A stretch of 64,000 bases of DNA from a virus (lineage: Duplodnaviria > Caudoviricetes), in IMG/VR virus record IMGVR_UViG_3300012344_000386, positions 64,001-128,000 of that record. One strand, written 5' to 3'. This document shows, piece by piece, positions 34,403-44,196 of the stretch. Below the pieces are notes generated by a model, which was not told where the DNA came from, did no database searches, and saw only the letters and a program-made list of their open reading frames with translations. Positions within the stretch are counted from its first letter, which is position 1; each line of letters opens with the position of its first letter. The position numbers and the translations under genes are program-made.

Positions 34403-35065
34403 TTATTTCCATTTTATATAACCGTATAAACAATTTAATGTCCAAAATATGAATTGAATTACCATTATCCAATTATCAGCGATTCCCCACATAAATATAG
34501 ATACAATATCAATTATAATCCAAAATATCCATTGTTCCCTATATCTCATCATCAATAATGTTTGTGCTATAAATGCCGGTATTGTAGAAAAAGCATCCAT
34601 ATATGGTTGTGTATTATCTGTATAATTACTCATATAATACCCAAATAAAATACACAATAAAATCATTATACTACTTATTATACTTAACTGTATATTAGAA
34701 AGTCTTTTAGATTCTACTATTTGTTCATCCTTATTATAATTCTTTAACCATGTAACAATACCTATAATCATGGTAATTATATAGAATATATTTTCTACTA
34801 ATTCACCATAAAATTTCTGCTGCCATGCTAAATACATATAAGTAAATAATTGTATAAATCCAAAGAAATAAAATGAAATTTTTCTCTGTGAACATAATAC
34901 AACAGATATAATACCTGTTACTCCAGATATTAATGAAATCATTGTATCGTTTGTAATATAATATACAATAAATTGTAATATTATACCTACAAGAAGAAAC
35001 ATATGTTCAAATATGTTTCTTCCTTTTATAAACTCTGTATATAAAATATTATTAATACTTTTCAT
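34403..35065 (-). CDS. pnuC: nicotinamide riboside transporter PnuC
   Basis: Multi-TM protein with SGVTGIISVVL, QPYMDAFST, AQTLLMMRYREQWIFWIIID; overlaps nadR. Confidence 0.9.
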   Translation of the reverse strand: MKSINNILYTEFIKGRNIFEHMFLLVGIILQFIVYYITNDTMISLISGVTGIISVVLCSQRKISFYFFGFIQLFTYMYLAWQQKFYGELVENIFYIITMIIGIVTWLKNYNKDEQIVESKRLSNIQLSIISSIMILLCILFGYYMSNYTDNTQPYMDAFSTIPAFIAQTLLMMRYREQWIFWIIIDIVSIFMWGIADNWIMVIQFIFWTLNCLYGYIKWK

Positions 35066-36209
35066 AGAGTGTATTTATATAATTCTTTACATAATCAAAA
35101 TGTTCAAGATATGTACCATCTAGTTCTATAACCTTATGAAGTAAATCAAAGTCCTCCAATAGTTTAACAAGAATATGATAATTTTTCATACGTTCTTCAA
35201 TAGAACTTTGCTCCATATAACGTGTTCCATCATCGACAAATGTATTATGTGGTTTGATAAGATAAATTACATCCCAATCTACATTAGTCTGCAATGATTT
35301 TGCAAGTGGTAACAATATATCATTATATTCTTTTTCAGTAATCTGCATGTTCTTATCCATTGTATATGCTTTCGCATACATAAGAGTAACGAGATTATCA
35401 GTATCAGAAATAATAACACCTTTATTCTTATCACTGTTAAGCGCATCAAAATAATATTGTCTTTGTCCTATAAGGAATTCAACAAAATCGTTTACTGTAA
35501 TATCTGGATCTAACATACAATGTTTCGCCATATAATCCCTACCAAATTCAGTAGTATATGGAACCTGAAAATAATTACCAATATCTTTTACAAGAGTTGA
35601 TTTGCCTTCTGATGCTGTTCCTAATACAAGAATCTTCTTTGTTAGTTTTGGTTTGAATGTAGATACAATCTTATTCCAGTAAAGTTGTGGTCTTTGACGT
35701 ATAAGAGTTGCAGAAATATCATTACTTCTGTTAGAAGGTGAATTGCTGTCATATCCTACCAATACAACATTATAATTTAATTTCTCTAATGATTTAACAT
35801 AAAACTTCTCGCCAACATAAAAAGTAAGTTTCAACTCAAATGCGTTAATAGTATCGTCTACTGTAAAAGGCCAATTATCTTTATGGTCTAAAACTTTGTT
35901 AACAATAAGTTTCTTCACATAATCAGTCCATACTTTCCAATTATGTTCAGACATACTTTCATCAATACCTAATTCTGTATCATTAACAGTAACAACTTTT
36001 ATAATCTCATCGCCTTTAAAATATTCTCTAATAAGTCGTTCTCGTTGCTTTATATTCAAACCTATTTCATTTGCACGTGGTTCATCTGTATATCCACATA
36101 CAACAACATAAACAATATCTGATTCTTTCTTTGCTCGCATAATAACATCAAGATGACCTTGATGCATTGGACAATATCCGCCAAAACAAATTCCTATATT
36201 CTTACTCAT
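35052..36209 (-). CDS. nadR: NadR-like bifunctional NMN adenylyltransferase / ribosylnicotinamide kinase
   Basis: HQGH nucleotidyltransferase motif, ISATLIR, P-loop GTASEGKST, EFGRDY, SDTD, FVDDGTR. Confidence 0.9.
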   Translation of the reverse strand: MSKNIGICFGGYCPMHQGHLDVIMRAKKESDIVYVVVCGYTDEPRANEIGLNIKQRERLIREYFKGDEIIKVVTVNDTELGIDESMSEHNWKVWTDYVKKLIVNKVLDHKDNWPFTVDDTINAFELKLTFYVGEKFYVKSLEKLNYNVVLVGYDSNSPSNRSNDISATLIRQRPQLYWNKIVSTFKPKLTKKILVLGTASEGKSTLVKDIGNYFQVPYTTEFGRDYMAKHCMLDPDITVNDFVEFLIGQRQYYFDALNSDKNKGVIISDTDNLVTLMYAKAYTMDKNMQITEKEYNDILLPLAKSLQTNVDWDVIYLIKPHNTFVDDGTRYMEQSSIEERMKNYHILVKLLEDFDLLHKVIELDGTYLEHFDYVKNYINTLYEKY

Positions 36210-36229
36210 TTTTATTAAATTTAAATATA

Positions 36230-36643
36230 TTAATCTATTTCTATTTCAATAAAAGATTTCATCTCAAAAGAATAAGAACCTTCATTGTGAGTAGCATCCC
36301 ACCAACAATCTTCATTATTATCTCCTATCCATATTTTTTCTGAATAATTAGGAATAAGAAGAAATGTACGTTCCCATCCCCAATTCTCATCATATTCTAC
36401 AAATATCTTTGTATTAGTAGGAATATGAATGAATGTGTCATGCATAAATATATGTGAATTTACATCATAAATGATGTCATACATATTAAAATGAATTTTA
36501 ATACCTTGTTTAATAGGTTTCTTATTCTTTATTCTATCTATTAATTCATCTATAGTTATCATCTCATCAGGAAAGTTTCCAGATTCAATTTCAAAAGGAT
36601 CAATCTCTACTACATTAACTAATTCATGATTTATATAATACAT
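36230..36643 (-). CDS. hypothetical protein
   Basis: 137-aa first gene of the operon, downstream of a TATCTTTG promoter. Confidence 0.7.
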   Translation of the reverse strand: MYYINHELVNVVEIDPFEIESGNFPDEMITIDELIDRIKNKKPIKQGIKIHFNMYDIIYDVNSHIFMHDTFIHIPTNTKIFVEYDENWGWERTFLLIPNYSEKIWIGDNNEDCWWDATHNEGSYSFEMKSFIEIEID

Positions 36644-36683
36644 AATTAATAATTCAACTTTATTTTACTTATAATTTATATTT

Positions 36684-36691
36684 CAAAGATA
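36684..36691 (-). promoter_or_regulatory. Bacteroidota -7 promoter element (TATCTTTG)
   Basis: TGTATCTTTG ~40 nt upstream of the 36643 start; drives the nadR-pnuC operon. Confidence 0.7.
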
Positions 36692-36710
36692 CACATTTTA
36701 TTTTAAATAA

Positions 36711-36743
36711 AAAAGTCTATAATGAAAACCATTATAGACTTTT
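36711..36743 (-). terminator. intrinsic terminator
   Basis: AAAAGTCTATAATG / CATTATAGACTTTT. Confidence 0.75.
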
Positions 36744-37032
36744 AGAAAATAAACAAAACAAATTAAAAATAACTTAATTCTGTCTTATCATCTTGGTTTG
36801 ATTTTATATGTCATTAGTTTGATGTAGTAACATATATTAAGTTATTTTCAAACAATTAAAAATTCAATAAAAATACATATAATGATGTTACCATACGTTC
36901 ATCCTTTTACAGCTCCTACGTTAAGATAATTCTGTTATGTTTTATCTGTTATTATGATCACTTATAACATTAGACATAATTTGCTCACCTTCTCTTACTC
37001 GCTCTTCGTGAGAATATATGTATTTAAATTTG

Positions 37033-37124
37033 TTTATAAGAGGGAGTCGAACCCTTAATAACCTCATACCGTTAATCCCTTCTCGATTTATCATCGAGCG
37101 TGCATTCCCGCTACACTATTATAA
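37033..37124 (-). ncRNA. degenerate tRNA-like element (Ile-GAT-like loop, long variable region)
   Basis: TTATAA acceptor; D arm GTGT/GCAC; CTCGA-TGATAAA-TCGAG arm; AGGG-TTCGACT-CCCT T arm. Non-canonical acceptor and loop. Confidence 0.5.
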
Positions 37125-37345
37125 TTTTTACATTTAATATCAATCCAAAAATTATCTACAAATAATTTTCTTCAATCTTTTAAACGTCAACTACTAATAT
37201 AATTGCAGTTATACTTTCGCCTTAGTAACTATACATTAATTAGTTACTTCAATCTCTTGATTATCATTTTAAGAATTATCATAATTTCTTATACTATAAT
37301 AATATCTATGTTAGATAATTGCATCCTTTTCATTATTATAAGGAG

Positions 37346-37443
37346 TGGTTATGGAGGGACTCGAACTCGTCACCGCAATACCTTTCTTCCATTGATATTA
37401 AAATATCAATTAGATACCTCATTAACCATTATGTAACATAACC
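37346..37443 (-). ncRNA. tRNA-like element with hairpin insertion in the anticodon arm
   Basis: Acceptor GGTTATG/CATAACC+A; D loop AATGGTTA; T loop TTCGAGT; inserted ATTGATAT/ATATCAAT hairpin. Confidence 0.5.
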
Positions 37444-37448
37444 AAAAT

Positions 37449-37768
37449 AGATACGATTTTTAACAGTTTCCATTTTTATTTCGAAATTATTATATGGACT
37501 TGTACTGACGACGTATCTTCTTTTTCATTGTTTCTCAACAATATAGTCAGATTAAAAATGCACAACTAAAAATCCAAACACACCGGCTCCGTTGGAATAC
37601 TCCTCATGCTCATATGAGACATTTCGTTAATTCTCATATGAATGTTAAATAATGATACATAACCGATGAAGGTTTTTCAACTATTACCGAGACTATTCGT
37701 TATCACGACTTACGAACCATGAGGTTACCGAACTCATGTTACCTATGGCTTATAGGTTGTATCACCAT
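37449..37768 (-). ncRNA. structured RNA (multi-way junction plus hairpins)
   Basis: ATGGTGATACA/TGTATCATTAT closes ACCTAT/ATAGGT, CATGAG/CTCATG and TTCGT/ACGAA; then TCATATGAGA/TCTCATATGA, a GAGA tetraloop hairpin and AGATACG/CGTATCT. Confidence 0.55.
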
Positions 37769-37785
37769 TTTTATTTCTTACAATA

Positions 37786-37793
37786 CAAAGATA
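37786..37793 (-). promoter_or_regulatory. Bacteroidota -7 promoter element (TATCTTTG) in front of the RNA cluster
   Basis: TGTATCTTTG with no sizeable ORF downstream for ~1 kb. Confidence 0.65.
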
Positions 37794-37849
37794 CACATTC
37801 TTTTTTAATTAAAAAAATAATTATGAATCTTTTTTTAATTTTTTATTTA

Positions 37850-38129
37850 GACAGTATATAGGGAATCGAACCCAGAATGTTATATTGGTCCGCCATATTA
37901 TTATGGTTACATTCTAATTGCAATTATTCACCATAATCTCAAATGGTATATATGTTATATATGCGTATTAACCTTTTGCAATATTAGTCTTTACTATATA
38001 ACATATAACTCTTATATTGTTTCGTGAGTAACGATTAACACTTTCAGTACCATTACTGAAATACATATAGTCTTACTAGATATGCACTATTTTATTATCA
38101 TGTACTTAGATAACAAAATTATATACTGT
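37850..38129 (-). ncRNA. 280-nt multi-hairpin RNA closed by a tRNA-like acceptor stem and T arm
   Basis: ACAGTATAT/ATATACTGT terminal helix; GGG-TTCGATT-CCC at the 3' end; at least 6 internal hairpins. Confidence 0.55.
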
Positions 38130-38141
38130 ATATTTTTTATA

Positions 38142-38654
38142 TTAAATATTACGTATAAAGTCTAATAATAAAGGATCTTGTACTGTAAATTTAATATTTC
38201 TTATTTCATATTTCGTTAATGTCATTCTATATTTCTTATTATGTTGAATCTTATAATATTCTTTCATATCTATATTAACAGGGCAATGTTTACTGTTAAC
38301 ACGAAATACTTGCCAATAACAATTATTATAATGTTTCTTATTCAAATTGTCTGCAATATCACGCAAATAAAACCAAATCCATTGGTTTGGAGAATTTGGA
38401 TTCATATAAGCATCAGGAATATAATCATGTGCAAAAGAAGCTTTTCTACCACCATTTTCTTTTAGATATTTCTTTGCTTTTTTCTTTCTCTCAGGAAAAT
38501 CTCGATTCTTCCACGGAAAATCTCCTTTACTTACAGAATACAACTGTACTCTCTCATCATCACATCCCATAGAGAATGAATTCTCTACATAACCACAATA
38601 TGATTCATCAAGTGCATTATATCCTAAAATAATATAAAATTTATTATTTTTCAT
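38142..38654 (-). CDS. hypothetical protein
   Basis: 170-aa ORF overlapping the upstream stop. Confidence 0.7.
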   Translation of the reverse strand: MKNNKFYIILGYNALDESYCGYVENSFSMGCDDERVQLYSVSKGDFPWKNRDFPERKKKAKKYLKENGGRKASFAHDYIPDAYMNPNSPNQWIWFYLRDIADNLNKKHYNNCYWQVFRVNSKHCPVNIDMKEYYKIQHNKKYRMTLTKYEIRNIKFTVQDPLLLDFIRNI

Positions 38655-39054
38655 AATTATATTTCTTTATTAAATTAGATATTACTTTTTTAGTCACAAA
38701 ACATCCTATACTATATCCTATCATCAATGATATAAAATATAGTAATATATAAGGTCCTATAATATTCAATGTATTATCACTTAATATATAAATATCAATT
38801 CCAAAACATGCGAAAATTATACATAAGCCTAAATACAATAAAGGAATTCCAAGAAAACCTATTGGTGAAGCAAATAATACACATGGAATTATAAAACGAT
38901 TTCCACATTTAAATAATGGTGATAAATCATCTATAGGTCCTAACTTATATGTATATTCTTCACTATCTCCTTTTTCACCAAGAACTCCGCTAAAGAATCC
39001 TATAAAAATTCCATAGAATAAGACTATTATTGATATTATTTCTGTTAAAATCAT
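38644..39054 (-). CDS. hypothetical membrane protein
   Basis: 3-4 hydrophobic segments. Confidence 0.7.
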   Translation of the reverse strand: MILTEIISIIVLFYGIFIGFFSGVLGEKGDSEEYTYKLGPIDDLSPLFKCGNRFIIPCVLFASPIGFLGIPLLYLGLCIIFACFGIDIYILSDNTLNIIGPYILLYFISLMIGYSIGCFVTKKVISNLIKKYNYEK

Positions 39055-39057
39055 ATA

Positions 39058-40065
39058 TTAATCTCCTTCATGAATAATATAAGTTTCACCTTCATATTTA
39101 ATGACTTCATTCTCATCAAAATCATCAAAATCAATCTGTTCTGGATCAATAACATGCTGAATGTAAATACCACTCCAACCATTAGGTCCAACACAACCAT
39201 AAGTACCATTAAGAATATTAAAAGACTCAATAATCTTTTTTAATTCTTTCTTCTGATTTTCAGATAAAATATTATTCTTATTGTACTTACCACAAATGTC
39301 GATAGCAAAAGATTTTGTTTCATCTGGAAGATCAGACTTCATAATAGCATTATGAACTTTTTCAAAAGTTTCTGGTTTAAATCCACCATATTCAACACCG
39401 GTTGCACTCTTTGCATATTCCTGTTTAATGACCTTCAATAAATCATCATAATAAGAATCTCTTGCACATATTGAAGTAAACCCAATATCGTTATTGATAA
39501 AGAACAAATTATCAATATCTCTATCATCCCACTTACCAGTCGAACGAAGAATGTTACGAACAAGTTCCAACTCATATGAATCTACTAGTTCTGTACCATC
39601 ATCCAAATCGTCTCTCTTATCATTCTTATTGAATACATTAAACTTTTCTTTAAGTTCTTTCAAGAAATATTCCTCTGTTTCATACAACTCTTCCACATCA
39701 GGAAGTGTACACTCATAATAAGTGGAATTTTCATCAATATATGAAAGTTTTACAGAAATAACATCATTCCAATTAATATCAATACAAGGATAATGACAAT
39801 CATCTGTAAATGCTCCGAGATATGTCTGCAATGGTCCATGTTTGAAGTCTTCTCCAAACTTACAATCCTTCCATGTATGCTTCCAATTTCTATTACCCAT
39901 ATATGATAAGAACAACAATACAAAATCATTCATCATATCAGCATCTACTGTTACCATTTTTGTTTCATAAGGTAACATATTATTATACTTGCCTTTAACA
40001 GTAATGATATATTTATTAAGCTTCGTTGCAGACTTACACATTTTCAAAATAAGTTTCTCTTCCAT
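39058..40065 (-). CDS. hypothetical protein
   Basis: TAG-free ORF; the true start is probably ATG 40065 (MEEKLILK), because the track start at 40104 overlaps the promoter. Confidence 0.8.
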   Translation of the reverse strand: MEEKLILKMCKSATKLNKYIITVKGKYNNMLPYETKMVTVDADMMNDFVLLFLSYMGNRNWKHTWKDCKFGEDFKHGPLQTYLGAFTDDCHYPCIDINWNDVISVKLSYIDENSTYYECTLPDVEELYETEEYFLKELKEKFNVFNKNDKRDDLDDGTELVDSYELELVRNILRSTGKWDDRDIDNLFFINNDIGFTSICARDSYYDDLLKVIKQEYAKSATGVEYGGFKPETFEKVHNAIMKSDLPDETKSFAIDICGKYNKNNILSENQKKELKKIIESFNILNGTYGCVGPNGWSGIYIQHVIDPEQIDFDDFDENEVIKYEGETYIIHEGD

Positions 40066-40093
40066 ATTATTTAATGTTTTAATTATTATATTA

Positions 40094-40101
40094 CAAAGAT
40101 A
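40094..40101 (-). promoter_or_regulatory. Bacteroidota -7 promoter element (TATCTTTG)
   Basis: TGTATCTTTG ~30 nt upstream of ATG 40065. Confidence 0.7.
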
Positions 40102-40120
40102 CACATATTTCTTTATATAA

Positions 40121-40161
40121 AAAAATGAACATTAAGTTTTATATCACCTAATGTTCATTTT
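40121..40161 (-). terminator. intrinsic terminator
   Basis: AAAATGAACATTA / TAATGTTCATTTT. Confidence 0.65.
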
Positions 40162-40169
40162 AAATATTT

Positions 40170-41429
40170 TTAACTTTTATGTCTTGATGAAAAATCTAGT
40201 AATAACTATCCCTTTGAATTCCTCTTAAATTCAAGTTCTTTATTCGGTGTAATAGTTTTTGTTTCTATTTTTGTATTTGACTTTACCTAATAAGGTACAA
40301 TTTCAGGTTCTTCATCTATTGTTAATGGTTTAATAGATGAATATGTAATAGGTTTTTGTTCATCTTTCAATTCAATTATATCAATATCTTCTTTTATAAT
40401 AGATTTTAATTTTTGTTTATTATTATATTCATCTATTTTTAAATCTGTATCTACATTATTCTTTTCTTTCTATACATATGCAGAAATCTTATATTGTTCA
40501 ATTCTCATATGTTCATCATAAGGTCCTGCTATCATAATAAGTTTAAAAAATGTAGGAGTTATCTCTATTATTATAAACAACATTGTTATCATTAATGAAA
40601 CAATTTCTAAAGATGAATTCTATTTTCTTAAATTTGAAAACGCTTCATAACGTGCGCTAAATCCATCTTCTTTTAAATTATCAACTTTATCTTCAAACTT
40701 ATTGATATGTTGATTAACGTCATCTATTCTTTTCTATATAGTTGTTAATCTTTCTTTATGAAGTTTATCCCATTCAGATAATGACTATTTACATTGGTTA
40801 ACATAAATCTCTTTGTCTCTATATATAGATCCATGCCCAACCATACCAGATAATGCATTTCCCTCTGCTTCTTCCTTTAAATCTTTCTATGCTTTTTGTA
40901 AATCGTCTACCAGTTGTTTTCTTTCTTTTGATAACTAACTCTATTCAGTTTGTAATAATGAAATTGTTTTATAATCAGATGATTCATTCTTTGCTGAATT
41001 TATTCTCTCTATATTATCTTTCAATAACTATGATTCAATTCTATCATTAAATATCTTCATCTCGAGAGGTGTCGATATAACTATACCTAAAAATATTGCC
41101 ATTATAATTCTAGGAAGTGCTGCTTTTAATTTTCTCCAACTTATTGAATCTTTACCATCTGTATACATGGAATTAACAATAAATCTATCAAGGTTAAATA
41201 TAAGCAATCCCCAAAATATAGCGAATATAAAAGCAACAATAACATTACTGAATACAAAAAACATCGCATATCCACCAGAAATCATAGCCATTAATGCTGT
41301 GAATAAAATAGTTCCGCCACTACCAGCATATTTAGCATATTCACTCGGGTATAATCTTAATACATCTTTATTAACTCCTGCACATGTCCATAAAAACTCA
41401 TTTATATTCTATTCATTTAATTTACTCAT
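40170..41429 (-). CDS. DUF4407-family membrane/coiled-coil protein, 419 aa with TAG=Gln
   Basis: FLWTCAG..KYAGSGGTILFTA..FWGLLIFNLDRFIV..PRIIMA..ISTPLEMKIF; second TM IEITPTFFKL; TAG at codon 7 and several more. Confidence 0.8.
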
Positions 41430-41461
41430 TTATCAAATTAGTTTTCAATTTTTCATTTCAT

Positions 41462-41469
41462 TATTTATA
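41462..41469 (-). promoter_or_regulatory. T4-late-like promoter TATAAATA
   Basis: Perfect T4 late consensus ~33 nt upstream of the TAG-containing DUF4407 gene; ATAAATA also precedes other TAG-containing genes. AT-rich background is a caveat. Confidence 0.4.
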
Positions 41470-41568
41470 ATAAACTTTTTCTTACATTAAAAATATGAAT
41501 TATTCAGATAAATAAAATGATAGTTAAAGAAAGTTAAAAATAAATTTTAAAATTAAATAAATTACGTT

Positions 41569-41934
41569 ATGAAAAAATTATTTATTTTATTCCTTATAGG
41601 AATATTCAGCATCACTGTATGCTTTGGTAAAATTAACATTAATGAAAATTCATTAGTTAATCCAACATTATTAACAGATTCTATTAATGTCGTTTATGTA
41701 AATGTCCCTGCAAAAGTTAGAATTTACAATGATATTATTGATTGTGTTTCTGTCAGAACTAAATCAAAATTTACTAACATTACATATAATGTGAATGATG
41801 GTAAACTTACAATCAATTCTAATAAGGATTTTAATGAATTAAAAGATGAAGATATTACTATTTTTATTTCATCTTCTAATGCAAAGAAATTAAAAGTTAG
41901 AACTAATAAAGATTATTATATTACATATGAATAA
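41569..41934 (+). CDS. secreted protein (signal peptide; DUF2807/GIN-like beta fold possible)
   Basis: MKKLFILFLIGIFSITVCFG signal peptide; VNDGKLTI..ITIFIS. Confidence 0.7.
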   Translation: MKKLFILFLIGIFSITVCFGKININENSLVNPTLLTDSINVVYVNVPAKVRIYNDIIDCVSVRTKSKFTNITYNVNDGKLTINSNKDFNELKDEDITIFISSSNAKKLKVRTNKDYYITYE

Positions 41935-41941
41935 AAAAATA

Positions 41942-41973
41942 AAGGAGAATTAACTACCGTGTTAATTCTCCTT
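41942..41973. terminator. bidirectional terminator
   Basis: AAGGAGAATTAAC / GTTAATTCTCCTT. Confidence 0.75.
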
Positions 41974-42016
41974 ATTAAATTAATTAAAAAAATATGTATA
42001 AAAGACACCTTATTTA

Positions 42017-44071
42017 TTAAAAATGAAACTTTGCAGAAGCGAACATATTAAATGGTGTATCAACCAAATAATATGCAGTATTGGTTGGAATATCTACAGA
42101 GCCATTAGAGAAGTTAAGCCTATTTGTAATGTTATTCAATACAAGGTTCAACTCTACAATCTTTGATACTCGTGCATTTACATAAGCATTTAACGTAAGA
42201 TTCTCCTTAAGTTTATTCTTATTATAAATATCCATATACATTGATGAACGGAAATTTGTATTCAAACCAAACTTAATTTTATTAACCATATAATTAGCTT
42301 CAGCAAACAATGTAGATGAAGGTGAGAATGTATGATTCATTTCCTTACCTTCAATATTCTTTAATTTATTCTCTGACCATGCCGCATTTGCAATGAAATG
42401 CAATGTATTAATAGGATTATAATCAAGGGCAAGTTCCAATCCAAGACGGTATGCATCATGTTGCTTATGCAATGGAAGACCATTCATCTTTGAAAGTTCA
42501 CCGGTTGCAACAAGTTCATTACTGAAATTCATATAAAAACCATTAATATTGAAATTAACCTTATTGTTACGGATCTCATAACCTGCTTCAATATCATGAA
42601 CTCTCTCATTCTTTGTATTCATCTCCGATTCATTTGAACGATACTCTGCACAGAATAAATCAGTTCGAGATGGTTCACGGTTTGTTACAGCATAACGTGC
42701 ATATACCTTTAAATACTTATCAATATCATAATTAAGTCCAATACTGTAATTTACAAAATTCCAATCATGATTAAACTTTGTATCATATTCATCCATTGGT
42801 GTATTTACACGATAATGCAATGACGTATAACGATATTGAACAGCAGCATCAATAGTGAACTTATTTACTGGTGCATACTTTACATTTGCAAATACATTCA
42901 CATCTGGTTTTGTTCCTGCATTATCATAATATGGTGTAAGTCCAGGATTTTTCCATGCAGTGATAATACTATCAGAATTTGCAATATCATATCCCTGATG
43001 TCTACGATGATATACATAAGCATTTACACCAGATGTAAGAGAAAGATTATCAATAGGATAATACTTTACAATAGTGTTAAATCCTGTTAAATTATAATTA
43101 AGATGATAGTTATTCAATACACTTCCTGTTGGTCGTGTCTCATCATCCCAACCAATACGGTAATTACCTGTCTGATGTTGCCAATACACAGATGATGTTA
43201 GAAATACTTTGTCTGAAAGAACTCCCTTATATTGAAACCTATTATAAGTTGTTAAGAAATCATCTGTTTCCTGTTGACGATTACCTGAAATCATCTGCTT
43301 AAATGGTGTCGGATGCTTCGGAATTAAATCTTCAGTAATTCCCTGAAATCCCTGTCCATTCCTATGATAACCAGTCATTGTCAAGAAATCCAATGAATGT
43401 CGTTCATTAAAGAAATATCCTGTCTTAATAGTAATTGCCTTCGAATTATTGTAAGTATTCTCCTTATAACCATCAGTTTGCTGTGCAGTGCCACGAACAT
43501 GTAATCCCCAATGTCCTTTCTGTCCCATATTATAAACACCTGTAATTCGAGATGAATTAAATGAACCATATCCAAGGTCAAAATAAGAATCGGTATCTTT
43601 CTTCAAATCTACAGATTCAAGAGAAACATTTCCTGCATAAGCAGCTGTTCCATTATTAGTTACAGATGCACCTTTCTCTACCTTAATAGTATGCATAGAA
43701 GACATAAGATCTGGAGAATTACTAAAATAACATCCAAAATCTTCTGCTTCGTTCCAAGGCATTCCATCCAATGTAACATTCATACGTTCCTGACCCATGC
43801 CACGCATACGGAAATAACAGTATCCCATTTGTGTTCCATTATCATTATACGCATAAATATTAGGAAGTCTTTGCAATACATAATCTGTTCCCTGACCATG
43901 ATTCAAAGACTTAAGTGTAGATGTATTAATCATACTACCTGTCTGCACATTATTACGGAAAAGAGAAGTAACAGTTACCTCTTTCAACTTCACTGTATCA
44001 GAAACATTTTCTGCATACATGTTAGCAATACTCATTACCATAATGAGCATAGAAAAAATAATCTTATTCAT
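42017..44071 (-). CDS. TonB-dependent outer-membrane receptor (Bacteroidota vitamin-transporter type)
   Basis: Signal peptide; TonB box LKEVTVT; plug RMRGMGQERMNVTLDGMPWNEAED..DLMSS..VEKG; beta barrel; NNITN; C-terminal Phe. Confidence 0.9.
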   Translation of the reverse strand: MNKIIFSMLIMVMSIANMYAENVSDTVKLKEVTVTSLFRNNVQTGSMINTSTLKSLNHGQGTDYVLQRLPNIYAYNDNGTQMGYCYFRMRGMGQERMNVTLDGMPWNEAEDFGCYFSNSPDLMSSMHTIKVEKGASVTNNGTAAYAGNVSLESVDLKKDTDSYFDLGYGSFNSSRITGVYNMGQKGHWGLHVRGTAQQTDGYKENTYNNSKAITIKTGYFFNERHSLDFLTMTGYHRNGQGFQGITEDLIPKHPTPFKQMISGNRQQETDDFLTTYNRFQYKGVLSDKVFLTSSVYWQHQTGNYRIGWDDETRPTGSVLNNYHLNYNLTGFNTIVKYYPIDNLSLTSGVNAYVYHRRHQGYDIANSDSIITAWKNPGLTPYYDNAGTKPDVNVFANVKYAPVNKFTIDAAVQYRYTSLHYRVNTPMDEYDTKFNHDWNFVNYSIGLNYDIDKYLKVYARYAVTNREPSRTDLFCAEYRSNESEMNTKNERVHDIEAGYEIRNNKVNFNINGFYMNFSNELVATGELSKMNGLPLHKQHDAYRLGLELALDYNPINTLHFIANAAWSENKLKNIEGKEMNHTFSPSSTLFAEANYMVNKIKFGLNTNFRSSMYMDIYNKNKLKENLTLNAYVNARVSKIVELNLVLNNITNRLNFSNGSVDIPTNTAYYLVDTPFNMFASAKFHF

Positions 44072-44196
44072 TTAGATATTTTATTTAAAAATTAAACTTA
44101 TTTTATATTATCAAGAAAATAAATAAATTACTACTAATATCATAATTATACCTAACATAAATGATATAGTTGTATATAAAGTTTCTTTTCTATTCA

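Noticed and set aside
37203-37436. 77-aa plus-strand ORF
   Set aside because: TTG start, low-complexity Ile-rich translation, and antisense to a tRNA-like element.
37033-37443. Amber suppressor tRNA (CUA) supporting the recoding
   Set aside because: Neither tRNA-like element has a CTA anticodon in a canonical 7-nt loop.
37850-38129. Call as tmRNA (ssrA)
   Set aside because: No GGGG 5' end or G3-U70 pair, no recognisable tag reading frame, and shorter than typical; kept as an unknown ncRNA.
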